From sequence record PZ445517.1: DNA of 64,000 nt; one strand, written 5' to 3'. The translations under genes and the position numbers were made by a program. The notes under the pieces were generated by a model. That model saw only the letters and a program-made list of their open reading frames with translations. It had not been told where the DNA came from and searched no databases. Positions 39,189-48,787 of this stretch are shown in pieces. The DNA is from a phage. How positions within the stretch are numbered: the first letter of the stretch is position 1; each line of letters opens with the position of its first letter.

Positions 39189-39662
39189 TTATTTGAATGA
39201 TTTAACGTACTGAATAGAACCTTTACTATTCACAAAGGCAATTTTACCATTTTTATTATACATGGTAGCAGTACGCTGATAGCCATAAGTTTGTTTACCA
39301 GATTGATAACCAACTAATGCGAAATTATCTTCACCCATTTTATTCTGTTTAGCACGAATACGTTCATGACCATGTGCCATAAGAACCTTAGCATCACCAG
39401 TTGCAATGGATCGACGAGTTTTTTCATCTTCAACTGTATTAACAAAGTCGTCAAATGAATCAAATTTAGCATGAGATTTATTATACAGTTTTCCATCTAC
39501 TGCATAATTATATCCTTGTACATCCATCTCAACTTCTGTACCATCATCCAATACAGCAGTGATTTTCTGACCTTTTTTAAATTTCAAAAGATCAGTAAAA
39601 GATTCAGCAATAATTTGAGAATTAATAGCTGCTTCAGTAATAAATTCTTGATATGTTTTCAT
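39189..39662 (-). CDS. internal protein with capsid-targeting leader (ipII-locus variant)
   Basis: N-terminus MKTYQEFITEAA = T-even capsid targeting sequence; 157 aa. Confidence 0.7.
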   Translation of the reverse strand: MKTYQEFITEAAINSQIIAESFTDLLKFKKGQKITAVLDDGTEVEMDVQGYNYAVDGKLYNKSHAKFDSFDDFVNTVEDEKTRRSIATGDAKVLMAHGHERIRAKQNKMGEDNFALVGYQSGKQTYGYQRTATMYNKNGKIAFVNSKGSIQYVKSFK

Positions 39663-39703
39663 ATGTTTCCTTTAAATGTAAATAGGTCTGAGTATTAGCT
39701 TTA

Positions 39704-40285
39704 TTAAGAATTACCGCGGGCTGCATTAGCAACGGCGTAAGCGTACTGAACATTAGCGTCTTTAAACGTACCTTTAGAGGTATCTAGTTCTGCCTTAAAG
39801 CCGCCTTTAGTCATAACCTCGGCGAATTCTTTACGGAAAGCCATTGCATCAAGGCTTCTCCATGATGATTTGTGCTTGGCGAATTCAAGACCAGCGTAGT
39901 TGACAGCCTTAGCTAATTTATTATCAATAACCCATTTACCAGATTTAGGCACAAACACCGGGCCTTTCTGTTTAGAGAATAGTTTTAAATTCCAGCGACG
40001 AAGGTCACCGTCAGCTTTAACAAAAGCTGCGTCCAAGTTACTAGCAACAACATCTTGAATATGACCAAATTTAAGCCCATCAACTTCAATATTTAAATCG
40101 GTACGCCAGCGAAGTCCTTCCCAAGCGAAGGCTTTAAAGTCGGAAGCCTTTGTAGCTAAGTACCGTTCAATAGGAGCTGTTTTAGGGTCAAAGCCGTTTC
40201 CCGATCGGTAGGTCCACTCATCTTTATTAATGCCTTTGGCCTTTACTACAGAAGCTTCGGCAATAAATTCTTGATAGGTTTTCAT
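39704..40285 (-). CDS. ipIII: internal protein III
   Basis: 193 aa with MKTYQEFIAEA leader; T4 IPIII length. Confidence 0.8.
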   Translation of the reverse strand: MKTYQEFIAEASVVKAKGINKDEWTYRSGNGFDPKTAPIERYLATKASDFKAFAWEGLRWRTDLNIEVDGLKFGHIQDVVASNLDAAFVKADGDLRRWNLKLFSKQKGPVFVPKSGKWVIDNKLAKAVNYAGLEFAKHKSSWRSLDAMAFRKEFAEVMTKGGFKAELDTSKGTFKDANVQYAYAVANAARGNS

Positions 40286-40339
40286 GTGTATCCTTTAAAT
40301 GTAATTATTTTAATTAATAATTTATCTCTTCAAGTAACT

Positions 40340-40378
40340 GTGAATATACTATCACAATTCCAAGAGAAAGTAAACGGC
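40340..40378 (-). promoter_or_regulatory. T4-type early promoter
   Basis: Plus tatactatcac ... gtaaac just after the e stop. Confidence 0.45.
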
Positions 40379-40379
40379 T

Positions 40380-41348
<969 letters not shown>

Positions 41349-41367
<19 letters not shown>

Positions 41368-41711
41368 TCACTCACAAACTCTTTCATTGATTCATTTTCA
41401 ATATAAGACATGTAGCTATTATATTCTTTTAATTGTATTTTGTAATCCTTTTTTCTTTGCCAATTTATTTTAAAATTATCATAATGAAAATATAACATGG
41501 TACCAAAGAATGAAAATAATGAAATAATTTTAGTATAGTGAAGTTCACTCCAAACTTCTGTTATATTTACTGTGCCGTCGATGTTTAAAATAAGACAGTC
41601 AATTAACAATCCAAAAAGACTACCCGCAAGAGCTGCAGCCAACGCCACAGCAAAAATTAAAAATGACTCATGAAGCGAATATTTGACTTTATTTAGTTTT
41701 GGCTTTTGCAT
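41349..41711 (-). CDS. membrane protein
   Basis: 120 aa, two hydrophobic helices. Confidence 0.5.
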
Positions 41712-42106
41712 CGTGATTCCTTAACAAATTTCATAATTTCATCAAATTCATATGCAGCAAGTTTAAGCTGGTGTTCCTTTTTAATCTTTTTACACTGTGC
41801 TTTCCAATCACGTACGCGTTTACGATAATGTCTTCCTTGATACCAGTATCCTACCCAATTTACCGGTACTAATAAAAGTGGAACTACCAATGGAAGAATT
41901 AGCATTAACACAAGTATTTCGCCAGAATCAATATCAGTCATAACATCTAAAACACCTCCAATAATCAATAGAATTACAAATGATATAAGTATAACAGGAC
42001 CTATTAATACATCAGTAGAAATTATCTGACGCTTTAATTCATACTTCAAAGGTTTACTTGGAAGGTATAGTGATGGCTTTGACATATTCTCTACATTCCT
42101 TAACAA
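41693..42106 (-). CDS. membrane protein
   Basis: 137 aa, hydrophobic core. Confidence 0.5.
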   Translation of the reverse strand: MLRNVENMSKPSLYLPSKPLKYELKRQIISTDVLIGPVILISFVILLIIGGVLDVMTDIDSGEILVLMLILPLVVPLLLVPVNWVGYWYQGRHYRKRVRDWKAQCKKIKKEHQLKLAAYEFDEIMKFVKESRCKSQN

Positions 42107-42662
42107 ATTTTTCTAGTAATAAATCGCTTTCAAAACTAGGATTTTCCACTAATTTATCAAAAAGATCATCAACAATAGTTAAGATATTCTTTTTACTAAG
42201 AATACGTTTATTTTCATGCTTCGTTTCAGAATCAACTATAAGAGTAAAGAAATATTTCTTTCCCTGAAATTTTACTGTAGTATCAATATAGAATAAATTT
42301 GACTTTTGTAAGTTACGTTTAAACCATGCGTCACTTAAACTATAAACACCGAGATAATCAAAATCGTCGTTTAAATAACAAACTGTCCATTCAGGAGAAA
42401 TGAAATCAGTAAATTCAACATCAAAATCGCATGTCAATGAATAAATTGATTCAATACTGTTAATAAGTATTCCAGGACGTATTAAAGACTTTTTACCTCT
42501 GGAAAATCTTCCAGAAAGACTTTCATCAGTTTCATATGAAGAACCCCAATAATAATTACGTCCTTCTGCCATACGTTTAAGAGCATTTAGTAATTGGTCT
42601 GGAACATCAACCTGTCTTTGGAACTCTTCAAACATTGAATTGAAATCACTTTGCATTTTCAT
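42054..42662 (-). CDS. hypothetical protein
   Basis: 202 aa ORF. Confidence 0.55.
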   Translation of the reverse strand: MKMQSDFNSMFEEFQRQVDVPDQLLNALKRMAEGRNYYWGSSYETDESLSGRFSRGKKSLIRPGILINSIESIYSLTCDFDVEFTDFISPEWTVCYLNDDFDYLGVYSLSDAWFKRNLQKSNLFYIDTTVKFQGKKYFFTLIVDSETKHENKRILSKKNILTIVDDLFDKLVENPSFESDLLLEKFVKECREYVKAITIPSK

Positions 42663-42681
42663 TCCTATTTACTCCAAGTAA

Positions 42682-42697
42682 TAGGGGCCGAAGCCCC
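42682..42697 (-). terminator. UUCG-type hairpin
   Basis: aggggccgaagcccct. Confidence 0.45.
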
Positions 42698-42703
42698 TTA
42701 TCA

Positions 42704-43296
42704 TTATTTCAGAGAATTAATATATTCCTGAACATCGGCAGAGGTAGTTTCAACCCCAGAAATATTACCATTAAAGGTTTCAACTCGAGCAAGAGTATCT
42801 TCAATATCAACCTTAGTCAGTGCTGCAATTTCAACTACATCATCAGCAGTACTAATTCCAAGTGCATTCGCTGCACGAGTTTCACGGATATATTCCAATT
42901 TAACTGCAAGTTCTTGGCGAGCATCATCTAACTCAACTACTTTCTTGGCGATTTCAATTCGCATTTCAGCATAACCATCAGCTTTAGTAGTCAACTGATC
43001 AGCTGTTCGACGATATAGTAAACCAAGTTTAGCATGCATTGTTACATCTTGACCTTCAGAAAGAAGCTTGCGAATTTCACGCTCTTTTGATTCGGCCTGC
43101 TTATTCTTTTCGACAATAAGTTCACGAATACGCTTTTCTTCGTTAATAGATTTAACGGAAGCAGTTTTTAGGTCTTTAATCTTATCAAGTAGTTTTGCTG
43201 CTGCAGCAGTATACTGTTCTTCAACAGATAGATTTTAGCCATAGCAGAACCAAGTTTAGTGCGAATAAACTCAACAATTTTCTTCAGTGTGTTCAT
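42704..43296 (-). pseudogene. coiled-coil protein gene apparently split by a frameshift (frame A 43168..43296, frame B 42704..43234)
   Basis: Strong start (ATG 43294-43296, AAGGAAA SD) opens 42-codon [27 protein letters not shown]...; a second frame is open from 43234 with no ATG until 43039 and reads natural coiled-coil sequence [20 protein letters not shown].... Confidence 0.45.
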
Positions 43297-43339
43297 AGTA
43301 TTTCCTTAGGTTGATTAAGATTTAAAATCCGTGAGAGTA

Positions 43340-43516
43340 TTATACTCCGGATAGTTTGTAAACTATTTCAACATCGCCTTTTGCTGCTTTATAACCTTCA
43401 GCCCAAGATATAACCGAGTTTTTATCTGAAGATTCAAATTCTGGCATTGGGCTTTCGCCAATGTTCACGCAGTATGTTTCTTCATTTTCGTCGAACCAAA
43501 TAATTAAAGTAGTCAT
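43340..43516 (-). CDS. hypothetical small protein (58 aa)
   Basis: ATG 43514-43516 with GGAGAAATAAA SD. Confidence 0.4.
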   Translation of the reverse strand: MTTLIIWFDENEETYCVNIGESPMPEFESSDKNSVISWAEGYKAAKGDVEIVYKLSGV

Positions 43517-43584
43517 TTATTTCTCCGTTTCTGTATTTGTTTTGATAAGTCTATAATAACACCGTCCTTGGTGTTTGTACACAA

Positions 43585-43848
43585 TTATTTCATATTATTG
43601 AAATATTCTTCTGCGATTTCGTCGTTATCATGGTAAACTTTAGAAGACAGTTTAACATAACCTTCAGCAGTGAACATATTAATCACAACCTTTACAGTAT
43701 ACCACTGACCATCTTCATTACCCATTACTGCGTAAGTTTCAAACATCGGATGATCAGGACCGATAACTTTAATATCATTCACTGTACGACCAAAATCTTC
43801 TGAAACACATTTCATAAAGAAGTTGAACAGTTCGCCGTAATTATCCAT
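43585..43848 (-). CDS. hypothetical protein (87 aa)
   Basis: ATG 43846-43848 with GGAG SD downstream of early promoter. Confidence 0.55.
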   Translation of the reverse strand: MDNYGELFNFFMKCVSEDFGRTVNDIKVIGPDHPMFETYAVMGNEDGQWYTVKVVINMFTAEGYVKLSSKVYHDNDEIAEEYFNNMK

Positions 43849-43887
43849 TTCATTCTCCAAGTTGTTTTTCTGTATCAGTAGTTGATA

Positions 43888-43925
43888 GTTGTATAGTACC
43901 ATGGAAGAATAGGGATGTAAACAGT
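43888..43925 (-). promoter_or_regulatory. T4-type early promoter
   Basis: gtagttgatagttgtatagtaccatgg ... gtaaacagttttgtgaaaaa. Confidence 0.6.
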
Positions 43926-44058
43926 TTTGTGAAAAATTTTTTAAAAAGTTTTGGGGAATTCTAGGGCAGGGAGGGCAATTAAAGGATAGGATAATATATT
44001 ATAAAGGATAGAAACTAAATGATGCCTAGAGAGGCCCGGAAAGGCCTAAATACCAAAA

Positions 44059-44082
44059 AGCCCCGACCAAAAGGTTGGGGCT
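44059..44082 (-). terminator. GC hairpin (AGCCCC...GGGGCU)
   Basis: agccccgaccaaaaggttggggct after stop of 44090.. ORF; related copy at 44615-44638. Confidence 0.45.
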
Positions 44083-44089
44083 AAGAATG

Positions 44090-44564
44090 TTATTTGATTT
44101 GTTTAGCAGACCAAATGCGGTCTTTAATAATTTTTTGGATGTCTTCAACATACTCAAGAGAGTGAGCATGTGGGTTATCTTTGAAACTATAAGCACGAGC
44201 TAGCTTTTGGCCTTCAGTTTTGATTACTAAAAGCTCTTTAAGGATAGCTTCATATTTGGAGATAATTCCTTTAACAATATTTTTTTTCTTGCGTAGCTTT
44301 AGGATCTGCTTTAGGAGCAGGTTTACCTGAAGCCTTTGCAAAAGCAGCGCCAGTAGCAACTAAACTTTTCCAGGCCATACTAACAGCATTCCCCGTAAAT
44401 CCTTCTGCTTTCATATCACGAGCAAATTGGAATCGTGATTCATCGGAAGCATCTTTATAGGAATATTTACCCGCGGCAATGGCAGCTTTTGCAACAGCTT
44501 GAATTTCAGTGCTAGATGCTTCATTTAACACCGCTTCATTTAAAAATTGAGCATATGATTTCAT
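44090..44564 (-). pseudogene. late gene apparently split at an A8 homopolymer (ORF1 44271..44564, ORF2 44090..44359)
   Basis: Minus-strand GAAAAAAAATATTGTTAA: frame 1 ends ...QEKKYC*, frame 2 continues KKKNIVKGIISKYEAIL...; removing one A fuses them into about 157 aa. Confidence 0.45.
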
Positions 44565-44600
44565 CTTATTTCCTGTTTTAATTCGTGGTTTTAATATACT

Positions 44601-44608
44601 TATTTATA
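44601..44608 (-). promoter_or_regulatory. late promoter TATAAATA (minus strand)
   Basis: Plus tatttata about 37 nt upstream of ATG 44564. Confidence 0.4.
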
Positions 44609-44614
44609 CTAAAA

Positions 44615-44638
44615 AGCCCCAACCTTTCGGCTGGGGCT
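44615..44638 (-). terminator. GC hairpin closing the tRNA/small RNA transcription unit
   Basis: agccccaacctttcggctggggct. Confidence 0.45.
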
Positions 44639-44640
44639 AA

Positions 44641-44950
44641 GCCTTGCGGCAACCTTGTCGGGGTTCCACCTGCTAAGGCAAGTGTTTGTACGAAACGCCG
44701 GGATTCGAACCCGGTTATTAAGCAGTTGACGCTACTCAATATTTTTAAAAGGCCATATCTCGACCATATCCGAACGTTCCGTCAAAAACGCTACTCGGCT
44801 TATGGCAAAGATATTTCCTCGAATCGATAATTCGGTGCGCCGTTTCTGCTGTGATATAAGGGGGCATTAGCAGATCGTAAAGATTTGTTAATGCCAGTCC
44901 TTAAACAGGGAACATCAGTCCGACGACTTGCCGGTAGCGACCCGGCTTCT
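44641..44950 (-). ncRNA. possible small stable RNA(s) downstream of tRNA-Arg (analogous to T4 RNAs C/D)
   Basis: About 300 nt without ORF between tRNA-Arg and a hairpin; contains tRNA-like T-arm CCGGGTTCGAATCCCGG and several stem-loops; T4 has species C/D RNAs here. Confidence 0.3.
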
Positions 44951-44954
44951 TGTC

Positions 44955-45030
44955 TGGTCGAGGCAGTAGGGATCGAACCTACGACCCAGGACTTAGAAGG
45001 TCCTTGCTCTTCCTTCTGAGCTATGCCTCG
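44955..45030 (-). tRNA. tRNA-Arg (anticodon UCU)
   Basis: Hand-folded cloverleaf: acceptor CGAGGCA/TGCCTCG, anticodon loop CTTCTAA, T-arm GTAGG-TTCGATC-CCTAC, encoded CCA. Confidence 0.8.
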
Positions 45031-45034
45031 GATT

Positions 45035-45109
45035 TGGCGGACGTGATAGGATTCGAACCTATAACCAATCGCTTAACAGGCGATCGCTCTGCCATTGAGC
45101 TACACATCC
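45035..45109 (-). tRNA. tRNA-Asn (anticodon GUU)
   Basis: Acceptor GGATGTG/CACGTCC, anticodon loop CTGTTAA, T-arm ATAGG-TTCGAAT-CCTAT, CCA encoded. Confidence 0.7.
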
Positions 45110-45113
45110 AAAT

Positions 45114-45200
45114 TGGTGGGGAGTGATGGAGTCGAACCACCCGAGTCGCAATGACAATGGATTTACAGTCCACACCGCTACCTCTACGGGATAACTCCCC
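45114..45200 (-). tRNA. tRNA-Tyr (anticodon GUA), long variable arm
   Basis: Acceptor GGGGAGT/ACTCCCC, anticodon loop CTGTAAA, 15-nt variable arm, T-arm GGTGG-TTCGACT-CCATC; D-arm not resolved by hand. Confidence 0.6.
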
Positions 45201-45209
45201 AAATTAATT

Positions 45210-45284
45210 TGGTGGCCCTGGGTGGAATTGAACCACCATCTGGCGATTATGAGTCGCTTGCTTGAACCTTCCAGCTACAGGGCC
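45210..45284 (-). tRNA. tRNA with CAU anticodon (Ile-lysidine type or Met)
   Basis: Acceptor GGCCCTG/CAGGGCC, anticodon loop CTCATAA, T-arm GGTGG-TTCAATT-CCACC, CCA encoded. Confidence 0.65.
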
Positions 45285-45293
45285 AAATTTTTC

Positions 45294-45779
45294 TTATTTT
45301 ATGTAATATTTATTTAAAAACTTTCTAGCTTGAGTATGGCTAACATTTATAGCGTTTGCATAATTTTTAATAAAACCTCGTTCATCCATATTAAAATTTT
45401 CTAATATTTTTAATCGTCTAATTATCTCATCTTGGCTTAAGGTACTTGCATTATTTTTAGAAATTTTTTCTAAAGACTGCACTGAGTGTTTTCGACCATT
45501 AAAATTAAAATTTTTAGGTTTTGGAGGAAATCTATCATTTAGTCTCGCATCTTTTGTATTTTGATTATTAGTTGCGCAATATATGTTATTTAATGAGTAT
45601 GGTCCTTTATCACCAAAACGACACATACAGTATTCATGACCCTTTCTTCCACGCTTATCATAATTTCCTGTTGATTTCCACCAATTTAACCACTCATCAA
45701 AAGTTAAATTCCATTCAATGTTTCTACGTATAGCAGAATTCCGCTGAGAAATATATTTTGCATAATCTTCTTTCATCAC
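45294..45779 (-). CDS. hypothetical protein inside tRNA cluster with Cys/His-rich nuclease-like segment and C-terminal HTH (possible mobile-element endonuclease)
   Basis: 161 aa; RRNIEWNLTFDEWLNWW...GHEYCMCRFGDKGPYSLNNIYCATNNQN; C-terminal VSHTQARKFLNKY resembles the HTH tail of the HNH protein at 46172..46804. Confidence 0.5.
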   Translation of the reverse strand: MMKEDYAKYISQRNSAIRRNIEWNLTFDEWLNWWKSTGNYDKRGRKGHEYCMCRFGDKGPYSLNNIYCATNNQNTKDARLNDRFPPKPKNFNFNGRKHSVQSLEKISKNNASTLSQDEIIRRLKILENFNMDERGFIKNYANAINVSHTQARKFLNKYYIK

Positions 45780-45823
45780 AAATTTCTCTACTTATTACAT
45801 GCACTAAGCTAAATCAGCAAAAC

Positions 45824-45913
45824 TGGCGGAGGCGATAGGATTTGAACCTATGAGTCGCCGGAGCGACTGCCGGTTTTCAAGACCGGTGCATTAAACCACT
45901 CTGCCACGCCTCC
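45824..45913 (-). tRNA. tRNA-Ser (anticodon UGA), long variable arm
   Basis: Acceptor GGAGGCG/CGCCTCC, anticodon stem-loop CCGGT-CTTGAAA-ACCGG, variable-arm hairpin, T-arm ATAGG-TTCAAAT-CCTAT. Confidence 0.8.
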
Positions 45914-45915
45914 AG

Positions 45916-45989
45916 TCTCCATACAAGGATTTGAACCTTGGACCTCCTGATCCCAAATCAGGCGCTCTACCAAACTGAGCTACACGGAG
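45916..45989 (-). tRNA. tRNA-Pro (anticodon UGG), no encoded CCA; 2 nt from tRNA-Ser (dimeric precursor arrangement)
   Basis: D-arm GCTC-AGTTTGGTA-GAGC, anticodon stem-loop CCTGA-TTTGGGA-TCAGG, T-arm CAAGG-TTCAAAT-CCTTG. Confidence 0.75.
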
Positions 45990-45999
45990 TAAATTAAAT

Positions 46000-46073
<74 letters not shown>

Positions 46074-46078
46074 AAATT

Positions 46079-46165
46079 TGGTGCGAGAAGTGGGACTCGA
46101 ACCCACAAGGAAATCATTCCGCAGCATTTTAAGTGCTGTGCCTTTACCAATTTGACCATTCTCGC
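46079..46165 (-). tRNA. tRNA-Leu (anticodon UAA), long variable arm
   Basis: Acceptor GCGAGAA/TTCTCGC, anticodon stem-loop CAGCA-CTTAAAA-TGCTG, T-arm GTGGG-TTCGAGT-CCCAC, CCA encoded. Confidence 0.8.
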
Positions 46166-46171
46166 TCTATA

Positions 46172-46804
46172 TTATTTATTACGTGAAAAAGATTGTTCTA
46201 TCAATTCTGGACACTTTCGTTCTATCCATTTTCTAGCTTTTTGTGGGCTTATACCTATTATTTTAGCAGCTTTACTAACCCATCCAAATTTAGAATAATC
46301 GATTTTAACTAATTCTTCGTAAATTTCATCAGTTAAAATCTTTTCATTAATATTTACCAGTAAATGATATAATTTATTATCATTAGCAATTTTAATGAAT
46401 CTTTTATAGTTTCCGCCTTTACTTAAACCTAATGAAGTAATTGCAGATGATATAGTAGCCGAATTTAATAATGCGTTTAAAATTTCTTCATCACTAACAT
46501 TATAACGCTTTTTATTATTTTTAATATTTTTACCAGCAAAAGTATCAGTTTGCGAATGGCAATTTGGACATAATAATCTTAAATTTGATTTAAGATGATT
46601 TTTATTATTTCCATCAATATGGTCTAATTGCAGAACAATATGCTTATTTTGCCATTTTGAAATTTTACAAATTGCACACTCATATGGAAAAATATTTTCT
46701 TTTATTATTTTGTCTTTCAGCTTTCCTGTACTAAAATTTGGATGTTTTCCTTCAAAAATTTCAGCTAATTTAGTATCCATAATATAATTCCCAATTATTA
46801 ACAA
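46172..46804 (-). CDS. HNH endonuclease with C-terminal DNA-binding (HTH) domain, directly upstream of tRNA cluster
   Basis: LDHIDGNNKNHLKSNLRLLCPNCH canonical HNH motif preceded by CxxC; 210 aa. Confidence 0.75.
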   Translation of the reverse strand: MLIIGNYIMDTKLAEIFEGKHPNFSTGKLKDKIIKENIFPYECAICKISKWQNKHIVLQLDHIDGNNKNHLKSNLRLLCPNCHSQTDTFAGKNIKNNKKRYNVSDEEILNALLNSATISSAITSLGLSKGGNYKRFIKIANDNKLYHLLVNINEKILTDEIYEELVKIDYSKFGWVSKAAKIIGISPQKARKWIERKCPELIEQSFSRNK

Positions 46805-46890
46805 AGGCTCTCAAACAAGAACCCTTGATGATAGAGGGTATTAATCAGTGCGGTATGAGTTAATAATAACAAATAATTCTTAAAGCATAT

Positions 46891-47184
46891 TTACCATTTA
46901 TGATAATACATATTTACGATGCATTCAAGACCCAAAGGATTCTTGAAAATATCATATTCAAGAGGACCTTTTTCTGTTTCAATAAAGAAATCAAAATTTA
47001 CTGTATTAAATTTACGGTCTTCCTTCACTAATTTAACTTGAGAAGATGAACGGTCAACATAAACCTTTTCAACTTCAAAACATGTTAAAATGCCATAATC
47101 ATCAATCAAGGCTTTAGCTGCTTCTTGATCATATTTATATCCATTTTCAATGGATGATACTTTAGCATAAAGAATCATTATCAA
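46891..47184 (-). CDS. hypothetical protein
   Basis: 97 aa ORF. Confidence 0.5.
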   Translation of the reverse strand: MIMILYAKVSSIENGYKYDQEAAKALIDDYGILTCFEVEKVYVDRSSSQVKLVKEDRKFNTVNFDFFIETEKGPLEYDIFKNPLGLECIVNMYYHKW

Positions 47185-47591
47185 CCTTCATCAACAATAG
47201 TATGAGTATGGGCATTTACGATTTGCCACCAGTCGAAACGATTGGAACCATAATCTGGTTTATTTTCATTCTCTTTAATGATATCACGCAGTTTATCTTC
47301 TGTTTCAGCATACGCAATTAAATCATCATATCCGCCACAAGGATAATAATTATCACCTGCGAATAAAAGAAAATTTACCTTAGATGGATTTACGTAATAA
47401 TGGTCTTTAGGATATTTAGTTCCTCTCCAATCAGTTACTTCAACATAACGGTAAGAAAATCCATTTTTACTTTCAATCCAACTCCACGCTTCAAAAGGAG
47501 TATTAAAAACTTTATCAGGTATTAAATTACCTTCAAAATGAGAAGGATTTGCATAATCCCCGGCATAAACATAATATTCGTTAATACTCAT
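47181..47591 (-). CDS. hypothetical protein
   Basis: 136 aa ORF. Confidence 0.5.
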   Translation of the reverse strand: MSINEYYVYAGDYANPSHFEGNLIPDKVFNTPFEAWSWIESKNGFSYRYVEVTDWRGTKYPKDHYYVNPSKVNFLLFAGDNYYPCGGYDDLIAYAETEDKLRDIIKENENKPDYGSNRFDWWQIVNAHTHTIVDEG

Positions 47592-47777
47592 TTATTCACC
47601 TTTAGAAATTTTATCCATAACAATAGCAATTAAACCAATTAAAAATGCTACTACAAGTGAAAACACATTTTCTGCTGTAGTTAATAATCCGCATATAAAT
47701 CCAACAAACATTGAAAAACTAAAAGCGGAAGCAGAAATTGCAATAGCAACATTTCGAATTAATTCACAACGTTTCAT
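47592..47777 (-). CDS. small membrane protein
   Basis: 61 aa, single TM helix; early promoter upstream. Confidence 0.5.
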   Translation of the reverse strand: MKRCELIRNVAIAISASAFSFSMFVGFICGLLTTAENVFSLVVAFLIGLIAIVMDKISKGE

Positions 47778-47794
47778 TTTATTCTCCTCAGTAG

Positions 47795-47838
47795 TTGATA
47801 GGGTAATAATATCACACTACTACCCTACTGTAAACAAT
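47795..47838 (-). promoter_or_regulatory. early promoter with stem-loop (PeSL-like cassette)
   Basis: agggtaataatatcacactactaccct inverted repeat plus gtaaac -35. Confidence 0.5.
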
Positions 47839-48063
47839 TTATTCAACACCAGCGGCTTTCAAAAGTTTTTTAAGATTGGCAACACCTTGAGCAGAAAATG
47901 TGACCTTGCCACCTTTTTCACTGATAGAACCAACCAATTTAGCAAGTTTATCATTAGGAATTTTTTTAAAATCAGCCAATGTTCCATCAAAGGTTTTTGA
48001 AACAAAAGGCAGTTCATCTTCATGTCTTTTAGCTTCTGCAATAAATTCTTGATATGTTTTCAT
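47839..48063 (-). CDS. internal protein with capsid-targeting leader (ipI-locus cassette)
   Basis: ATG 48061-48063; MKTYQEFIAEAKRHEDE... CTS; 74 aa; track N-terminal extension is promoter DNA. Confidence 0.7.
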   Translation of the reverse strand: MKTYQEFIAEAKRHEDELPFVSKTFDGTLADFKKIPNDKLAKLVGSISEKGGKVTFSAQGVANLKKLLKAAGVE

Positions 48064-48091
48064 TTTAGTTTCCATTTGGATGTTTTGTTTT

Positions 48092-48133
48092 GATAGGGTA
48101 ATAGTATCACTACTAAAACCCCGTGTAAACAAC
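48092..48133 (-). promoter_or_regulatory. early promoter with stem-loop (PeSL-like cassette)
   Basis: ttttgatagggtaatagtatcactac...gtaaacaactttgtgaaaaa. Confidence 0.55.
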
Positions 48134-48148
48134 TTTGTGAAAAATTTA

Positions 48149-48436
48149 TTACAAAAGATTTTTAGCAATAATCTTGAGATGTGCCGCAGAAATGTGTTTA
48201 GCTTTAAACAACGCAGTTTCTTCAGCAGGAGAGATAACGATTGTAGCACCATCCTTTTTAGCAGACCACCCATCGCCTAGGTAAACAGTACCTTTGATTT
48301 CTTCGCCATCAACCAGACTAATCATTGGTTTACCTTCTCGTCCTTTATTTGCTTTAATAACTTCAGAAGTAAGAGTAGCTTCGGTAATAGTAGAAACCGG
48401 GGTAGTTGTAGAAGTAAATTCTTTGAAAGTTTTCAT
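48149..48436 (-). CDS. internal-protein-like gene with MKTFKEF capsid-targeting-type leader
   Basis: 95 aa; N-terminus MKTFKEFTSTT; preceded by repeated promoter cassette. Confidence 0.6.
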   Translation of the reverse strand: MKTFKEFTSTTTPVSTITEATLTSEVIKANKGREGKPMISLVDGEEIKGTVYLGDGWSAKKDGATIVISPAEETALFKAKHISAAHLKIIAKNLL

Positions 48437-48457
48437 TTTATTTTCCTAATTAATTTT

Positions 48458-48499
48458 GATGAGGTAATAGTATCACTACTAAAACCCTATGTAAACAAC
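48458..48499 (-). promoter_or_regulatory. early promoter with stem-loop (PeSL-like cassette), copy of 48788..48829
   Basis: About 110-bp near-identical direct repeat with 48751-48860. Confidence 0.55.
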
Positions 48500-48508
48500 T
48501 TTGTGAAA

Positions 48509-48766
48509 TTATTTTAAATCTTCTAATCGTTTCTTCATCTTAGAACCGTTCTTAGCGATTTCGCCTGCATCAGAGCATAATGCTAAAAGCGCTTTAACTT
48601 TAGTTTGGTCTCCTTTAAAAGATGAAGGATCAACAGCAGCAGCAAGTTCTTTAATACGAGAGAAAAGACGCTCAGCTTCAGCTAAAGCCATTCCAAGCTT
48701 TACTTCCATACCGCGGGAAGATTCAGTAATAGTAGTTTTTGTAGCAAACTCTTTGAAAGTTTTCAT
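48509..48766 (-). CDS. internal-protein-like gene with MKTFKEF leader
   Basis: 85 aa; N-terminus MKTFKEFATKTT. Confidence 0.6.
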   Translation of the reverse strand: MKTFKEFATKTTITESSRGMEVKLGMALAEAERLFSRIKELAAAVDPSSFKGDQTKVKALLALCSDAGEIAKNGSKMKKRLEDLK

Positions 48767-48787
48767 TTTATTTTCCTAATTAATTTT

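Noticed and set aside
43165-43236. Programmed -1 ribosomal frameshift joining the two frames of the split coiled-coil gene
   Set aside because: No X-XXY-YYZ slippery heptamer or downstream pseudoknot evident in the overlap; indel or sequencing error is the simpler explanation (kept as a finding with that caveat).
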